A stretch of 64,000 nt of DNA, from NCBI GenBank assembly GCA_028534125.1, contig CM052817.1, positions 16,246,001 to 16,310,000 on the forward strand, given 5' to 3'. Numbering within the stretch: the first letter of the stretch is position 1; every line of letters begins with the position of its first letter. The stretch is from Lama glama. Lineage: Eukaryota. The translations under genes and the position numbers were made by a program. Below the pieces are notes generated by a model. That model saw nothing but the letters and a program-made list of their open reading frames with translations. It did no database searches and was not told the origin of the DNA. Below are positions 39,074 through 53,109 of the stretch, piece by piece.

Positions 39074-39883
39074 CGCAGGTAGGCATGTGGTGGGGGTAGG
39101 TGAGGACACAAGATTAAAATATCAAAAAAGAGATCTGTGTTTTTAAGAAGAGAACAAATGAAAATGGGGAGGGTTAACCATGTGACTCTATTTTCTAGGA
39201 GACTGGGGTCAGAATTTGCCACTGCAAATAGCAAATAAGGCTGCAGTCCATATTTTAACCTTTTTTGCTTGCAGTGTTGACACTGGCTTTTCCAGTGTTT
39301 TGGAACCTGGGAATTGCGGTGTGATAGCAAACACAAATGAATCACTGAGGAATGTTGATGCAGACGCACCAGCGACAGAATCTACGTTGAGCACAGGCCT
39401 AGAGAAACCAAAACAAAACCAAGGAGGTGCTTGTATTTTGTAAAACATCACTTGTCAGTATCTTTACAATCTAAAAATACATGCAACCTCATAGAGGATG
39501 TCATGGATTTCGAAGAGGTGATCCCAGATGTCAGAGTTACAATTTTCCTACAATGTTCAAAATGCTTCCTGTGGCAAAACTATGATAGTTAACACCCCAG
39601 GAAACGACAGGCTTTCCATGTGGGAAAGCCTCCACTTTCACTAAGCCAAGGTCAGTATTTCTCTTCTTCTATCTGCCTCTATCTCCAGCCTGCTGGCATA
39701 GACCCACTTGGAGAACATGAAAGAACCATCCCACTCTGTCACTTTATCCTTAGAGGTCTTCCCATGGGGCCTGGCTACCAGAAGTCAAGAGGAAATCTTG
39801 TGTCTATCATCAACCCTGTCTGGTTAGGGAATGTGGAACTTTTAGAGAAAACAGCTAAATATCCACCATTAAAACTCCCTGTG

Positions 39884-42212
39884 ATATGCAAATCCATCAA
39901 TATGATACACCACATCAACAGAAGAAAAAACAAAAACCACATGATCGTCTCAATAGATACAGAAAAAGCATTTGATAAAATTCAACATTCATTCATGATA
40001 AAAAACTTTTACCAAAGTGGGCATAGAGGGAACATATCTTGAAATAATCAAAGCCATTATGACAAACCCACAGTCAACATAACACTCAGTGGTGAAGAGC
40101 TGAAAGCCTCCCGCTAAAATCTGGAATAAGACAAGGACGTCCACTCTCACCACTTCTATTCAACGTAGTACTGGACGTCCTAGCCACAGCAATCAGACAA
40201 GAAAAAGAAACTAAATGTATCCAAATTGGAAGGGAAGATGTAAAATTGTCACTATATGCAGAAACAATCCCTTTTAAAATCGCATCCCCCCCCAAAAAAA
40301 ATCTTAGGAATAAACCTGATCAAGGGAGTGATAGTGAAAGCATATAGTGAAAGCATATAGTGAAAGACCTATATGCTGAGAGCTATAAAATATTGATAAA
40401 AGAAACTGAAGATGATTTAAAGAAATGGAAAGATATCCCATGCTATTGAATTGGAAAAATTGATGTTGTTAAAATGGCCGTATTACCCAAAGCAATCTAC
40501 AGATTTAATGCGATCTCTTTCAAATTACACATGACAGTTTTTACAAAATTAGAATAAATAATCCTAAACTTTATATAGAATCACAAAAGACCCTGAATTT
40601 CCAAAGCAATACTGAGGAAAAAGAACAAAGCTGGAGGCATAAAGCTCCTAGACTTCAGACAATACTACAGAGCTACAGTAATCAAAACAGCATAGTATTG
40701 ACACACAAAAGAGACATATGGATCAATGGAACAAAATAGAGAGCCCAAAATAAACCCACACACCTATGGTCAATTAATCTTTGACAAAGGAGGCAAGAAT
40801 ATACAATGGAGAAAAGACAGTCTCTTTGGCAAGTGGTGTTGGGAAAGCTCGACCGCCACATGTAAATCAATGAAGTCAGAACACTCTCACACCATACACA
40901 AAAATTAACTCAAAATGGCTTAAAGACTTAAATATAAGACATGACACCATATATCTCCTAGAAGAAAACATAGGCAAAACATTCTCTGACATAAATCATA
41001 GCTATGTTTCCCTAGATCAGTCTTCAAAAGCAATAGAAATAAAAGCAAAAATAAACAAATGAGACCTTATCAAACATAAGCTTTTGCACAGCAAAGGAAA
41101 CCATAAACAAAACAAAAAGACAACCTGTGGGACTGGGAGAAAATATCTGCAAATGAGCCAACTGACAAGGACTTAATTTCCAAAATATATAAATAGCTTA
41201 TACAACCCAGTAACAACAAAAAAACAAACAACCTAATCCAAAAATGGGCAGAAGACCTAAATAGACATTTGTCCAGAGAAGGCCTACAAATGGTCCATAG
41301 GCATACGAAAAGATGCTCAACTCTATTAATCATTAGAGAAATGCAAATCAAAACTACAATGAGGTATCACTTCATACCAGTCAGAATGGCCATCATTAAA
41401 AAGTCCACAAACAATAAATGCTGGAGAGGGTGTGGAGACAAGGGAATCCTCCTACATTGTTGGTGGGAATGTAAATTGGTGCAGCCATTATGGAAAACAG
41501 TACAGAGTTTCCTTAAAAAACTAAAAATAGACTGACCATATGATCCCACAATCCCACTCTTGGACATTTATGTGGAGAAAACTCTAATTCAAAAAGGTGC
41601 TTCCACCCCAATGTTCATAACAGCACTACTTACAACAGCCAAGACATGGAAACAACCTAAATGCCCATCAACAGATGAATGGATAAAGAGTATGTGATAT
41701 ATATGTAAATAATAAATATAATATATATACATGATATATACATTTCATAGCCATATAAAAGAATAAAATAAATGCCAAATGCCAAATGCCAAATAATGCC
41801 ATTTGCAGCAACATGGATGGACCTAGAGATTATCATACTAAATGAAGTAGGCCAAAGACAAATATTATATGATATCACTTATATGTGGAATCTAAAAAAA
41901 TGATACAAATGAACTTACTTACAAAACAGAAATAGAGTTACAGACATGAAAAAACAAACTTATGGTTACCAAAGAGGGGAGGGGAGGGAAGGATAAATTA
42001 GGAGTTTGGGATTAGCAGATACAAACTACTATATATAAAATAGATAAACAACAAGGTCCTTCTTAACAGCACAGAGGACTATATTCAATATCTTATAATA
42101 ACCTATAATGAAAAAGAATATGAAAAAGAATAGATATATAAAACTGAATCTCTTCGCTATATATCAGAAACTAATACAACATTGTAAATAAACTATACTT
42201 CAATTTAAAAAA
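39884..42212 (+). mobile_element. 5'-truncated L1 (disrupted ORF2 RT to C-terminus plus 3'UTR)
   Basis: Translates to [67 protein letters not shown]; stops and frameshifts; aataaa...A tail near 42187-42212. Confidence 0.97.
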
Positions 42213-42515
42213 CCTTGTGAATATAGCCAATATTTTACAGTAACTATAAGTTGAGTATAACCTTTAAAATTTGTGAATCACTGTATTATATAGCTATAAT
42301 TTATATAATATTGTACAGTAACTATAATTCAATAAAAAATTTGAGTTTAGATCTCATGTTAAGTATTCTTAACATGAATAAATTCTAGCAATAAAATAAA
42401 ATTTTAAAATATTTATACCATTTTCATATTAACAGTATTATAAGTAATTTTCTTACTACAGAAAACTAAAAAGAAGAAAATAAAAATCATTGATAATCCC
42501 CTCCTGCCAAAAAAA
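42213..42515 (+). other. Probable 3'-transduced segment carried by the upstream L1 (contains older L1 3' pieces)
   Basis: AATAAA 42479-42484, A11 42509-42519, then aaaactccttgtg (42516-42528) matching aaaactccctgtg (39871-39883). Confidence 0.7.
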
Positions 42516-42934
42516 AAAACTCCTTGTGGATTTTCCCCTCCCAAGACACTTTTAATCTAGTCTCAAATGTTAGGTTTCAAAGAAAGCAGTATCTTTAAAA
42601 TAGAAAATCAAGTTGGGGGAGGTTAAGGTTAGGATTAAGGCTTCGTGAAATTCAGACTCTATACATTTCAATTAAATGGTACATCAACTCATGTACAAAA
42701 CTGTACTGAAATCTGCTCCAAATGCCATTTGTCAAGTTCTACCTGCCACCACTTGGATTCATGATGACAGACTGAGTTATAAATCCAGTGCTAGATGGGA
42801 TTACACTGAGCAGTATACCAACTTTTATGAAAATCAGTCAGCTCTCTTAAGAGCCGAACACAGGATAGACCAAAACGACAGTTAAAAGGGAAAATGTCAC
42901 ATCAACTAGTTGAAGCAGAAATTGTACTTGGTCA

Positions 42935-43360
42935 TCTGTATATCCATCTGTTCAGCAAATAGAACACCTACTTTATGTCAGGTACTTCAGGGAAAGCCAG
43001 GGTTATGCAGATCACATGGCAAAGGCTGCCCTTGTAGGGCTTATATTATGGTGGGGAGGTGAGAGAATAATTAATCATTTAAAACTGAGATTAGAGCCAT
43101 TGCGGAACTAAAAGGAGAATTGTGATAGAGAAAAAATAAAGGAGGTGTACTTTGGACAGGATTGCAGGAAGCTTCCTCCAAAGGGGCGCACTTAGGTTGA
43201 GATGGAAAGATGGGATGGAGGCAGCCATATGAAGGGCCCGGAAGAGTGCTCCATGCAAAAGGAAGAGCAAACCCCAAAGCCCTAAGTGGGACCTTTCATG
43301 GTTGTGGACAGAGTGAGGACCTGGGGGACAGGAAGAGAGGCAGAGCAGGTCCACCGTGAC
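42935..43360 (-). mobile_element. L2
   Basis: tccatctgttcagcaaat...cacctactttatgtcagg...ggaagcttcc...gttgagatggaaagatg. Confidence 0.75.
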
Positions 43361-46204
43361 TTGCAACGCCAAATGGTTAATGGTGATATTAAGAGTAACT
43401 CTGTCAGAATCATTTGTGTGGATTACGCAAAATGGGAGACAATACACCCAAAAGAAAACTACACATTGTACCTTTCTTCTCTTTGAGGGTTTTCCATTCA
43501 CACATGACATAATACCCAGCAGCTCATACATTTCACTTTCTTTTGGAAAATTATCACTATGGAATAGTATCATCAGCCTCACTAAGGAGCTTTTAAGTGT
43601 GATACAGAGTTCTTTAACGCATTTAGCACATAAGCATATAAACTTGCCACCACAGACAGTGGAGGGGCCCTCCATCAAATCAGTTAACTCCCAAAACAGT
43701 CAGACATTTACTGCATATCTAATGGAGCAAATGGCATTGGGCACTTCAGCACTGCGGGGGTGAAGAGGAGGCACTGCATAATCCATCGCATCTCAGTGAA
43801 AGATTGTCACATTCGGGATGTACCCAGTCTGCTCTGATAGAGGATAGAGGTCGGTCCCCAGAGACAAAAGGAGGTGCCTGATTACACAGAGCATCCTTCC
43901 ACTTCCCAATCACCAGAAAAGCTGCAAGTTTTGTGAAATTCCAACCTAATAGTTCTCTTGATTGCTTTTAAGCCATTTGGAAAATAAAATGGATTGCAAG
44001 AGAGTTTTCCTAACTAGCTCAGTGATCTTTCCTTGTCATGTCAGGATGAAAGAATTCACCATTTGACTAAAGGTCAATGTTCTAGAAATATTTATGGGAG
44101 ACTAAAAGGGGAAGACTATTAGGGAAGTACTTATTCATTACCTTCACTATTGCATGGTTAGATGTATGAGGTGCCAGATCACCTAAGCCACTTCCTTACC
44201 CACCTTTCCATGTTCACCAACCCATCTGTGATGTTTCTAGGTGGGGGCATTCCTCTTACAATGAATTTAAGGATACCCCTTTCAAAGAAATGACTAAATG
44301 TTGGTTACATTTTAAATTGTGCATGATTTTAGTTCTCACTGAGCAACGTTTGATGGATAAGTCTTAAAAAAATGGTCAAATGGCCTAACCTTTTAGCAAT
44401 AAAATTGTGAGCAATAAAAATGCTGGAGGGCACCCGTTACTGAACTGTCATAGGTTGGAGAATTATTAGTCCCCATAATTCTGTACTGCAAAACCAAATT
44501 TGTAGATTTTTTTTCAAGTGGAAAAAAATTCAGGAAATTAAATGGAAAGACCTGTAGTAATGAAATATTAAACGCAATTTCAAGTGCACAAAAAGGTCAG
44601 AAGCCAAAAAAAAAAAGAAAAGATTTCTGGAACAACATTAATTTTCTCATACTTCATCTATGCCTAGGCTTAAATACCCCTAGAAACCAGCCAGACCCAG
44701 ACTTGGGTAAGGGTGGATGCAGGGGAAAGGGAGGAAGAAAGAGCCTGGAATAGGAAGAAGTTAAAACTAAGAATAAAACCAAAAAGAAGTTCTTTAAGAC
44801 AGAAAATACTTCATTTGTTTTCAGTTTCTGAAGCTGAAGTCATATTGTATCAATGTACACCAACACCAGCAGAAAGGCATAAAAGCTCAATTACTGGACT
44901 TCAACCATGACACGCCATAGGACCCCAAATTCAGTCTGATTCTTGGTTCCTTGCATGGTTACAGCTCTGAGCGCCTGTTCTTAACTTCACCACGATTGTA
45001 TTGCAATTCTGGCCAAAAAAAAAAAACACGTCTCCTAGGAGGGTGTGGTGGGCATTTGGAGTCAGCCACCTGAGATGTGTCTGTGTGAAGAATGCCACTG
45101 TCATTAGAAGCAGTCACTGAAAATACATAGCATTAGTTGCAGGACCAGCAGTAATAATTCATTTTAGTAATATGCATTTCAAAGGGGTGGGGGAGATCCA
45201 GCGAAAGTTTAAAGGCAATATTTTAAAATAAAACTCATTGTGTGAATAAAAGGGTCAAATGTTAACATCAGGACACCATTAGTTTAGACACGACACATTG
45301 TTCATGCAGAATATTGTTTCAAGATACACACGGGGAAAGTCCTTATTTTAATACCTGGCTAACTCCCCAGGCCTATTACTCACACAGTCTGCACGCTCCT
45401 TCTTTAAATATGCTACAGAAATTGGATGATCTGTAATTTTCAACTGCTGCAACTTTAAAACCTAAACAACACGTGATGAAATCTATTTCTCTAGTATAAC
45501 CCATCTGTGAGGTTGCAGTGTTGGGTGGCAGAAAAAAAAGATTTATATTTACGGCCAATTTTTATTTATCTTCACCTATTTACAAATTGGGCTACAACTT
45601 CAAAAGCCATGGTTAAAAAGAATAATGTCATTCCTAACCACGGCCTTTGACTATAAAAACAATTTCACCATAATGGATAACACTAAAATACTCCAAGAAT
45701 AATCTATAAATGAATCTTGGATTACTAGTCTAAAGATGGTGGTTATAAATGATTACATGAAAGAGTTGATGTTACTTTGAAAATCCTAAAGTCTGTCTAT
45801 GGATTTTTGTATTTTATATGCAACATTTTTATGAAGTGATTTTGCCCTTACATAATAGCTTTCATCTTCAAAGCACTTCACAAATATGAACTAGTTACAT
45901 AAAAAGCTGTATTACTGCAAAATCAGAAAATGGAAAAGCTGAGGTTCTTCTAGTAAGAGTCCGTCTTACACATTCTATATGTGTAATACACAACAAAGGT
46001 TATGTTTTTAAAACACATTTAATTATAAATCCTGTTGACAAAACCACCTAGAGGGTTAATAGAACTTTTACTATACCAGGCAGTTGTTACTGTTCATGAA
46101 AATCTCCCTTTTACTGAATTTGTGAAGTTTGAGGAAATTAGACTCGTATTATGGTAGGTCTTCTTTGTCCCTTCCTTCTAGCTCATGAAATTTGTTAAAT
46201 ATCA

Positions 46205-46760
46205 GTAAAAGGTGATGTTCAACAAAGCTGTATCATAATAAAATTGAAAAAAAATTAAACACACATCATGTAGAATGGTTAAGCACATTATGGTATGTTT
46301 ATATGATATAATATAATGAAATACAACACAGCCATTAAAAATATGTCTTGGAGAATATTTAAATACGTAAGGAAATTTGCACATGACATTAGGTTTTTTA
46401 AAAGGTCACAAGATGATCTTTATCCTATCATGGCTATTTTATTGTATTTTTTTTTATTTGGGGGGAGGGTAACTAGGTTTAGTTATTTATTTATTTTTTG
46501 AGGAAATACTGGGGATTGAATCCAGGACCTTGTCTATGCTAAGCATGTGCTCTACCACTTGAGCTATACCTTCCCCCATCACGGCAATTTTACAAAAGAA
46601 ATAATATATATAGACACATAAGCAAATTGGATGAAATAAATATGAGTGATGGGGCATTGTGATTTTATTTCTTCCTTGGATGTTATTATTTGAATTTTTG
46701 AGAATGAAATCTATTCTTTATTCTATCCTTATTCTAAATAGTACATAAACGTTATTTAAA
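46205..46760 (+). mobile_element. Old L1 (L1ME-like) 3' end interrupted by a SINE
   Basis: gaatggttaagcacattatggtat...aatacaacacagccattaaaaat. Confidence 0.7.
46442..46577 (-). mobile_element. Camelid tRNA-Ala-derived SINE (vic-1 type, long tail)
   Basis: ggggattgaatccaggacct...gctaagcatgtgctctaccacttgagctatacc; TSD atcatggctatttta / atcacggcaatttta. Confidence 0.92.
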
Positions 46761-46764
46761 GGAA

Positions 46765-48060
46765 AACAAGACCACCACCCTTGTCTTCAAGAACTCACAC
46801 TCTACTGGAGAGATAGGAAACATTAGTGAGTGTGATGATCTCTCTGAGAGCAGAGAGCTCAGAGTACCACGGTCATAACCCAAAGTAGAAGTTCAGAATA
46901 GAAGGAGAAGAGCCTTGAACTGGGTCTTGCAAGGTAAGCAGGTATTCAATAGTAATGAAGAAAGCATTCTAGACAGAATATAAGCAAAGGCAGAGAAGCA
47001 TGAGGCACATGGAAGCAAGAGGAAAAATGAAAAGCTTCATTGGGGCAAAGAACGTGGCCAGGAATCAGAGAAGATGCTGCTGGAGATGGCACATGCTGGA
47101 TGACAGAAGACCTTGAGTACTTCGGAAAAGGATCCAACCTTTACCCATGATGGGTAGAGCCTGCTGGAGAAGGGGACAAGGAATGGGATTACATCAAGAA
47201 AGCAGTAAGAATAGAGGAGCTATTTAGATCACTGGCTGCGACAAGCAGAGGACTAGAGGAAGGCAATACTAGAAACAGGGGTATCGGGTAGGAAACTTCA
47301 ACAGGCTTTTCCCTCAAAGAACAGTGGAGAAAGAAAAGAGAGAAGGAATTCCAGAGATACTTAAATAGAATCGATATAACTTAGCAGCCAGACAGATGTG
47401 AGTGAAAGAAAAAAGTGTCCAAGGTGATTCCCAAGATTCTAGATGGAATAACTGGGTGGTACCATTATCTAAATGGATCTCGGCAAAAAGCCAGTGAACT
47501 TGACTTTGGACATGCAGAATTAAAGGTGACTCTGGGTACTCAGATAGGCATAAACAGTAAGCTCCATGGATTCATGCCCAAGTCATAGGCGCAGGATAGA
47601 GGAACAGACTTGAGAACTCGCAGCACACAGCTCCATGCTTAAAAAATTGGAGATGGATGGAATCACCGTAGAACAATGGGCAAAGTGAGGAGCCTGGAAA
47701 TCGGGGAAACATTAACATTTGGGGACAGGCACGCAGAGCCAGCAAAAATAACCAAGATGGAATGGTCATGGGAGCTGAGGAGGAGAGATTTTTCAAGAGG
47801 GAGTGAAAGGCTGTGGAGGTCAAATAGGAAAAGGCCAAAATGCATCATTTAATTTTAATGATAAGAATCCTCATATGGCCACTGCTGCAGCAGTTTCAGT
47901 GGGTGGTCCGGACAGAAGCTTAGATGGAGGAATGATTCAGATTAAAGGAGAGTTGAGTGTAGCAACTCCTCCCACAAACTTAACTATGAACTGAAGGAAA
48001 AAGGGAGCCCTGAAATGGAGATGAACGCAGAGCTGGGAACAAAGGGTGTTGATGATTTAT
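46765..48060 (-). mobile_element. Long L2 remnant
   Basis: cccttgtcttcaagaactcacactcta...gagccttgaactgggtcttg...gactttggacatg...agcagtttcagtgg. Confidence 0.75.
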
Positions 48061-48671
48061 GGATGGGTGGCCAGCCGCAAGTAAAGATAACTCAGGAAAT
48101 GCAGTCAACATTTTTCGTCTAATAAAAATACAGTCATATAGCCACAAAACAAAGATATGACAACACGTATCCAAATGTTTGCTCTAAAATGTCAACATTA
48201 TTCAGCTAAAACTCACGCTGACAAGATCTTTTGTCAGTGTGAAAAAATCCTGAGATCCCATTTCTAAAGTCTCACTTCAAATTTTTATGTTACTCCGATC
48301 ATTGAAAGAGTTTGCTAATAGAAGGAATACAACTGATAGCTATAAATAATTTGAGATCAGCAATGAATTCTTTGGGGCTAAATTATCAACTGAATGATTA
48401 AGATGTTTTAAGTTGATTGAGTAACTCTTTCAACACTGAGGTTGATCAGAACAAAATTTATTCGTGTAGTATAAACTCGCTGAAGAAGTTTGCAAAGAAA
48501 TTTAAGAAACCTCATTTTTGTTGTGGTTCTTACTGGGCTAGTTAATTTTGTGTTAGGAACTCAAGCCCATATTGGAGTCAAAGGCTATACCATTCTTTCC
48601 TGCAATTCACCTAAAAATATCAAATTCATTGTAAGTATAAGATCCACCAAAAGATTCGTGATTCATTATTT

Positions 48672-48975
48672 CTAACCCAATAATTCTGCTCTTAGGAATT
48701 TATCACATGACGTAATAGGGAAAAATGCTATTTGCACAGGTGTGTTCACTAGGATACTATCCAAGAGGACAAAAACATGGAGACAACGTAAAAATTTAAC
48801 AAAGGGGAGATAAACTACATCAATTATGGATATCTGCTTAATGGAATTATATATAGTCATTAATTGCATGAAACAGAGCTGAATAAAATTGTTCACTTTG
48901 ACTGCAATCATATAATTATAAATTATGTGTGCAAACCAAAAAATTCTCAAAGGTAAAGTAATACACAAACTCAAA
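48672..48975 (+). mobile_element. Old L1 (L1ME-like) fragment
   Basis: aacccaataattctgctcttaggaatttat...aatggaattatatatagtcattaa. Confidence 0.65.
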
Positions 48976-49499
48976 AAAAAAAAAAAAGCTGTGTTGTGGG
49001 TATAAGAAAGGTTTTTGTTTCTTTTTCCAAAATCTCCTTTAATGTTCCTGTAAAAACTGTCAAAAATCAGAAGAATGAAAAAGGAGGGAGGGAGAGAGAG
49101 AAGGAGGGAGGAAGGAAGGAAGGAGAAAGGAAGGGAAGGAGGAGGAAGTAACTGAAAGATCAAAACCAATGGAAAGAAAAGTCCTAAGTAGGAAAAAAAA
49201 AAATTCTAAAATGTACCTTGACATGTTTGCAGACTTTTTGCCAACTGTGACTCACTTGTAGATTCTGAAGCCCGTCTAGAAATGATACAAGGTTAAACGG
49301 AGTTACCCATTTGCAAATATGACTCATTTAAATGATACCACCAGGTACCCTGTCATCTCTACAGTCAGGGTCTGTAAATGTTAAATATATATATTTTGGG
49401 ACCAGTTTTACTGAAAACAAAGAAATAAAGATGGCAGACAGTTCCAGGGTAAGTAAACTGTGGGTGAAGTGCTAAAGTTGCCAAGTTTCTCTGCATTCT

Positions 49500-49661
49500 C
49501 TTTTTTTTCTAACCTTAATTTTTTTGAGGGGGGTAATCATTTTATTTACTTATTTACTTCCTTACTTATTTATTTATTCGTTTGAATAGAGGTACAGGGG
49601 ATTGAACTCAGGGCCTCACGCATGCTAAGCATGTGTTCTACCACTGAACTATACCTTCCCC
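49500..49661 (-). mobile_element. Camelid tRNA-Ala-derived SINE (vic-1 type, long tail)
   Basis: gaggtacaggggattgaactcagggcctcacgcatgctaagc...tatacc; TSD ctctgcattct at 49489-49499 and 49662-49672. Confidence 0.92.
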
Positions 49662-49944
49662 CTCTGCATTCTTAACTGATTATTATTTATAATAAAGCAA
49701 TTTTATTTTTGAAATATATTCAGTAAAATTTTGAATATGCTCAAATAACAACATGAAGCTAGGGTTGGGTCAGCCTGAGATTGCTATAGGGTCTTGCTTC
49801 AAGTTTAGATTAATGAGGGCTATTTCCCAACATCTCCATGAGAACTGAACTTCTTACCACCTACAATAATGCTTCATATAACAATTATTTATTTTGCTTA
49901 TGATTTCAAATGCCTGAAATAGTTAGAAGGGTGACTCCAGAGCG

Positions 49945-50168
49945 AGAGGGGGGTTTGAATTCGAGCTCCAACATTATTAGCTTGGAGACCCCCAGTGAGT
50001 TACAAGAATGCTCTGTGCCCTTGGATCCTCATTTACAAAATGGGGCTGATAGCATCTCTCTCTCATGAGGTCTTGTAAATATTAAGTGAGATTAATGTAT
50101 GTAGTGCACTTAGAGATATGCCTGGAACACAAATGAGCACACAGATAATGTTAGCCGTTATTATTATT
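49945..50168 (+). mobile_element. MIR
   Basis: gggtttgaattc...cctcatttacaaaatggggctgata...attaagtgagattaatgtatgt...aatgttagccgttattatt. Confidence 0.8.
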
Positions 50169-50929
50169 AGATATTGCAGGGAGACACAGAAGCATCAGAG
50201 CTCTGGCCTTGAGGGAGCCTGCATTTATTAATATTAATAATGAGGACATAAATAAGGATAATGGTAACTACTGTTACACCTTTCGCAGGCATGCCATCAT
50301 TTCCATGTATCATCTCTTCTGATTTTACCACGACTCTGTAAGACAGGTCTTAGACCCATCATACAGCTCAAGAAACTGAGGTCCACGAGAGCAAAACACT
50401 TGACAGGATTGCCCACAAATAGGGACATTAGTAAGGGCTGAATAAGGTCTTCTTTTAAAGCTGCAGATTAGAAATGTCAACCCTCACAATATGACCCAGA
50501 GGGGAAAAACTGGTTGAGAGTTTATGGCCTGCCTTTTTGTTGACAAAGCAATTTGGGTAAGTTTGGAATTTTAAATGGTGTAGTAAAACTCGACTAATCA
50601 TTACCCAGCGTATGAATTATAAGTAACTTATTTTTTTCTTCAGGAAAATAAAAGAGCTGCCCAAAACAGCACTATGGAAATTCTATTTTAGCAGCAATAT
50701 CCTAAGCATTCATGGAATACGATTATTCCTCAGACAAGTCCATGTTTCCAGCTTCAAAGTGAGATCAGAGTCACAAGACGGGAAGTTAGCACTTTCTTTC
50801 CCCTCAAATACAAATAAAGAGAAGCTTGCTATTTGAGAAAACGCATGCTTGCAATGAGAAGGTAAGATTTTTAGCGATTTATATAATAAATTCTGCCTCC
50901 TTTTATGTGTTATTTTATACAACCAGATG

Positions 50930-51300
50930 TATTTTTATTAGTTTTTGGTCCCATATAAAAACATGTTTACTGCAGAAAATTCTAAAACAAAAAAAAGTGA
51001 AAAAAATTCATCCTAAATTCCACAACTTCAAAATAAATATTCTTAATGTTGTAATGTTGTGTAGATGCACAATATGCATATGTGTACAACCACTTATTTA
51101 CATGCTCCCAATAAAAAAATTTTATTTCCAACTTCTTGCAGCTCGTGTTATCATTTTTTTTATGTCCTGCAAAAACTGCTCCTTCTGTTGTTAGGATGCT
51201 ACACATGCAGTTTTGTCTGGCTTGCTTTTCATTCAACGTTATATCAAAAGCATTTCCCCTGTTATTAAACATTGTTTGAAGTGGTATTTTTCCTGGCTTT
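50930..51300 (-). mobile_element. Old L1 (L1ME-like) 3' end
   Basis: catgtttactgcagaaaatt...ttgcttttcattcaac...agcatttcccctgttatt. Confidence 0.6.
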
Positions 51301-53109
51301 TTAGACTTGGATATCTCACCTTTTTAAAATAGCACATAGATTCAAGAATTTTCTGCATCTCAAGCTGCTCTGACATAATGTGGAGATCTAAGTTTCATGA
51401 CCCCCAGGTAACTCCAATTAACACGTTAAATTGTCTAAAGCAACTTAGGAATTTGAATGATTTTTACCTTAAAATATCAGGGAAAAACTTTTAGTTAGGG
51501 GGTAACTCCTTATATTTGCATTTTAACAGACTTTTTTTTGATGACTTCAAATCTTTTTGCTCTAACAGCTTTCCTTCGCTTTACAGTTTTCCCTGCCTAG
51601 AAAGTAAAAGGTAAAAGTAAAATATTATTATGAAGTTTATATGCCTTTATGCATGGTGAGTGGAAACCTTTTAAGGGCAGAGGCCACTTCTCAATCCATT
51701 GCTATGACTTCTTCAATGCCTTAAAAATTTAATTGTACCAGACTGTTACTACTTTTCTAAAATATGTTTTTGGGTGTATGTTGCCCATAATGTTGTACTT
51801 TTAAAAACCAACAAGCAGCTACACACACAGGACAATGATCTCTCGAAAATTTGAGGTTGACCTGGCCATACCTCATCACAAGAGATGTATTACATATACA
51901 TTCAATTCACAGACATCTCTGACTTCTCCTCCAAATAAAGTTGGCTCATCTTCACCAAGAAACCTTTTCTCTAGTAGGGGAAACATACATCTACACGTAC
52001 AAAAATTTTACTAGCACCAGTTACACTGTAACACAATGACGAACATTTTTCTTCTAATTTGCAGGCTCCCAACCTTTAAAGACTCTGCCGGTTCTGGTTG
52101 GCAGCTGAGCTGTATGTAGTAGACATGCTGATTTTCCAAAAAGGAAGAAAAAGAACTACAATAATGGTGCGGTCTCCTGAGAATACATTTATTTCTGCAG
52201 TATAAAACAAAATTAAATTCTTCAATCTCAAAAACTATTAAAAGGTTGTATTTAAAATGCATGAAGCATTAAAAAGACATCAAAATTAAAATAATCTCAT
52301 AAATCTCTTCATTTAAAAGACTTATTAGAATACAGATCGAGGCAGAAAACAGCTGCCCGGCACTCCGGAGCAGTAAATTATGACTATTTTAACTTTTTTT
52401 CATTTTCATCATTGAAAATTCTTTTCCAGAATAATTGTATTGCTGTAGCAAGACCAACTGCCCCATATATTTAACACGTGAATAGTAAATTGCTTTCAAT
52501 GGACTCTGAAACAGATATGCTGCGTATTCTTCCCAAGATCAGCAGACCACAGAGTTGTACCTGACAAAGGATACAGAAGATACAGACAGAAATTAGCTTT
52601 TAATGTAAAATTGATCAAATTAATTACTATTCCAATTCAGTTTGCCAGAGCACTCGGGACACCCTGGGAAAACCTGACAGGGGAAGTTTTTTCAGCTGTT
52701 CCCACCTTCCCTAGATCTACCAACTAAAGCCCAAGAAAAAGTCAGCACACAAAAAATGACAGTGAGATGTGTCCAGCTGTTATCAATCATTAAAACCCGA
52801 CTCTCTTTTATAAATGACTGGCAAGTAGATGAAGATTTTTCTTCTCAATAAAGAGCCCCACTCCACAGACCATCATGTGTCAGTCCTGGCTGTACTGGAG
52901 CATGCCCTGGGGGACAATTAAACTATCATGTTGATTGCACCTCAATGCGGTTGAAGCCTAAATGGAGGAAAAGAAAAGCCAGATGGCTAACTGGGGCCTC
53001 GTGCCACTTGCCCCCTGTCATACTCTGAAAGAGAATACTAGGAACTGAGCAGAACTCTTTGTGGTAGAGACAGCCAGGCATGCCTTGAAAGTCTTAGAAG
53101 AAAATGAAA

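Noticed and set aside
38601..39369. ER/KE-rich and SFL-rich ORFs
   Set aside because: Translations of the purine microsatellite
39620..40042. 140-aa ORF fusing flank to an L1 RT fragment
   Set aside because: Non-ATG start and chance in-frame junction; ORF2 is disrupted immediately downstream
49431..49454. Plus-strand ATG GCA GAC AGT TCC AGG|GTAAGT micro first exon
   Set aside because: Only six codons, no promoter evidence; donor hexamers are common by chance
52045..52118. Plus-strand acceptor with GTATGT donor (47-nt exon)
   Set aside because: Weak donor, no recognised peptide, no supporting neighbouring exons
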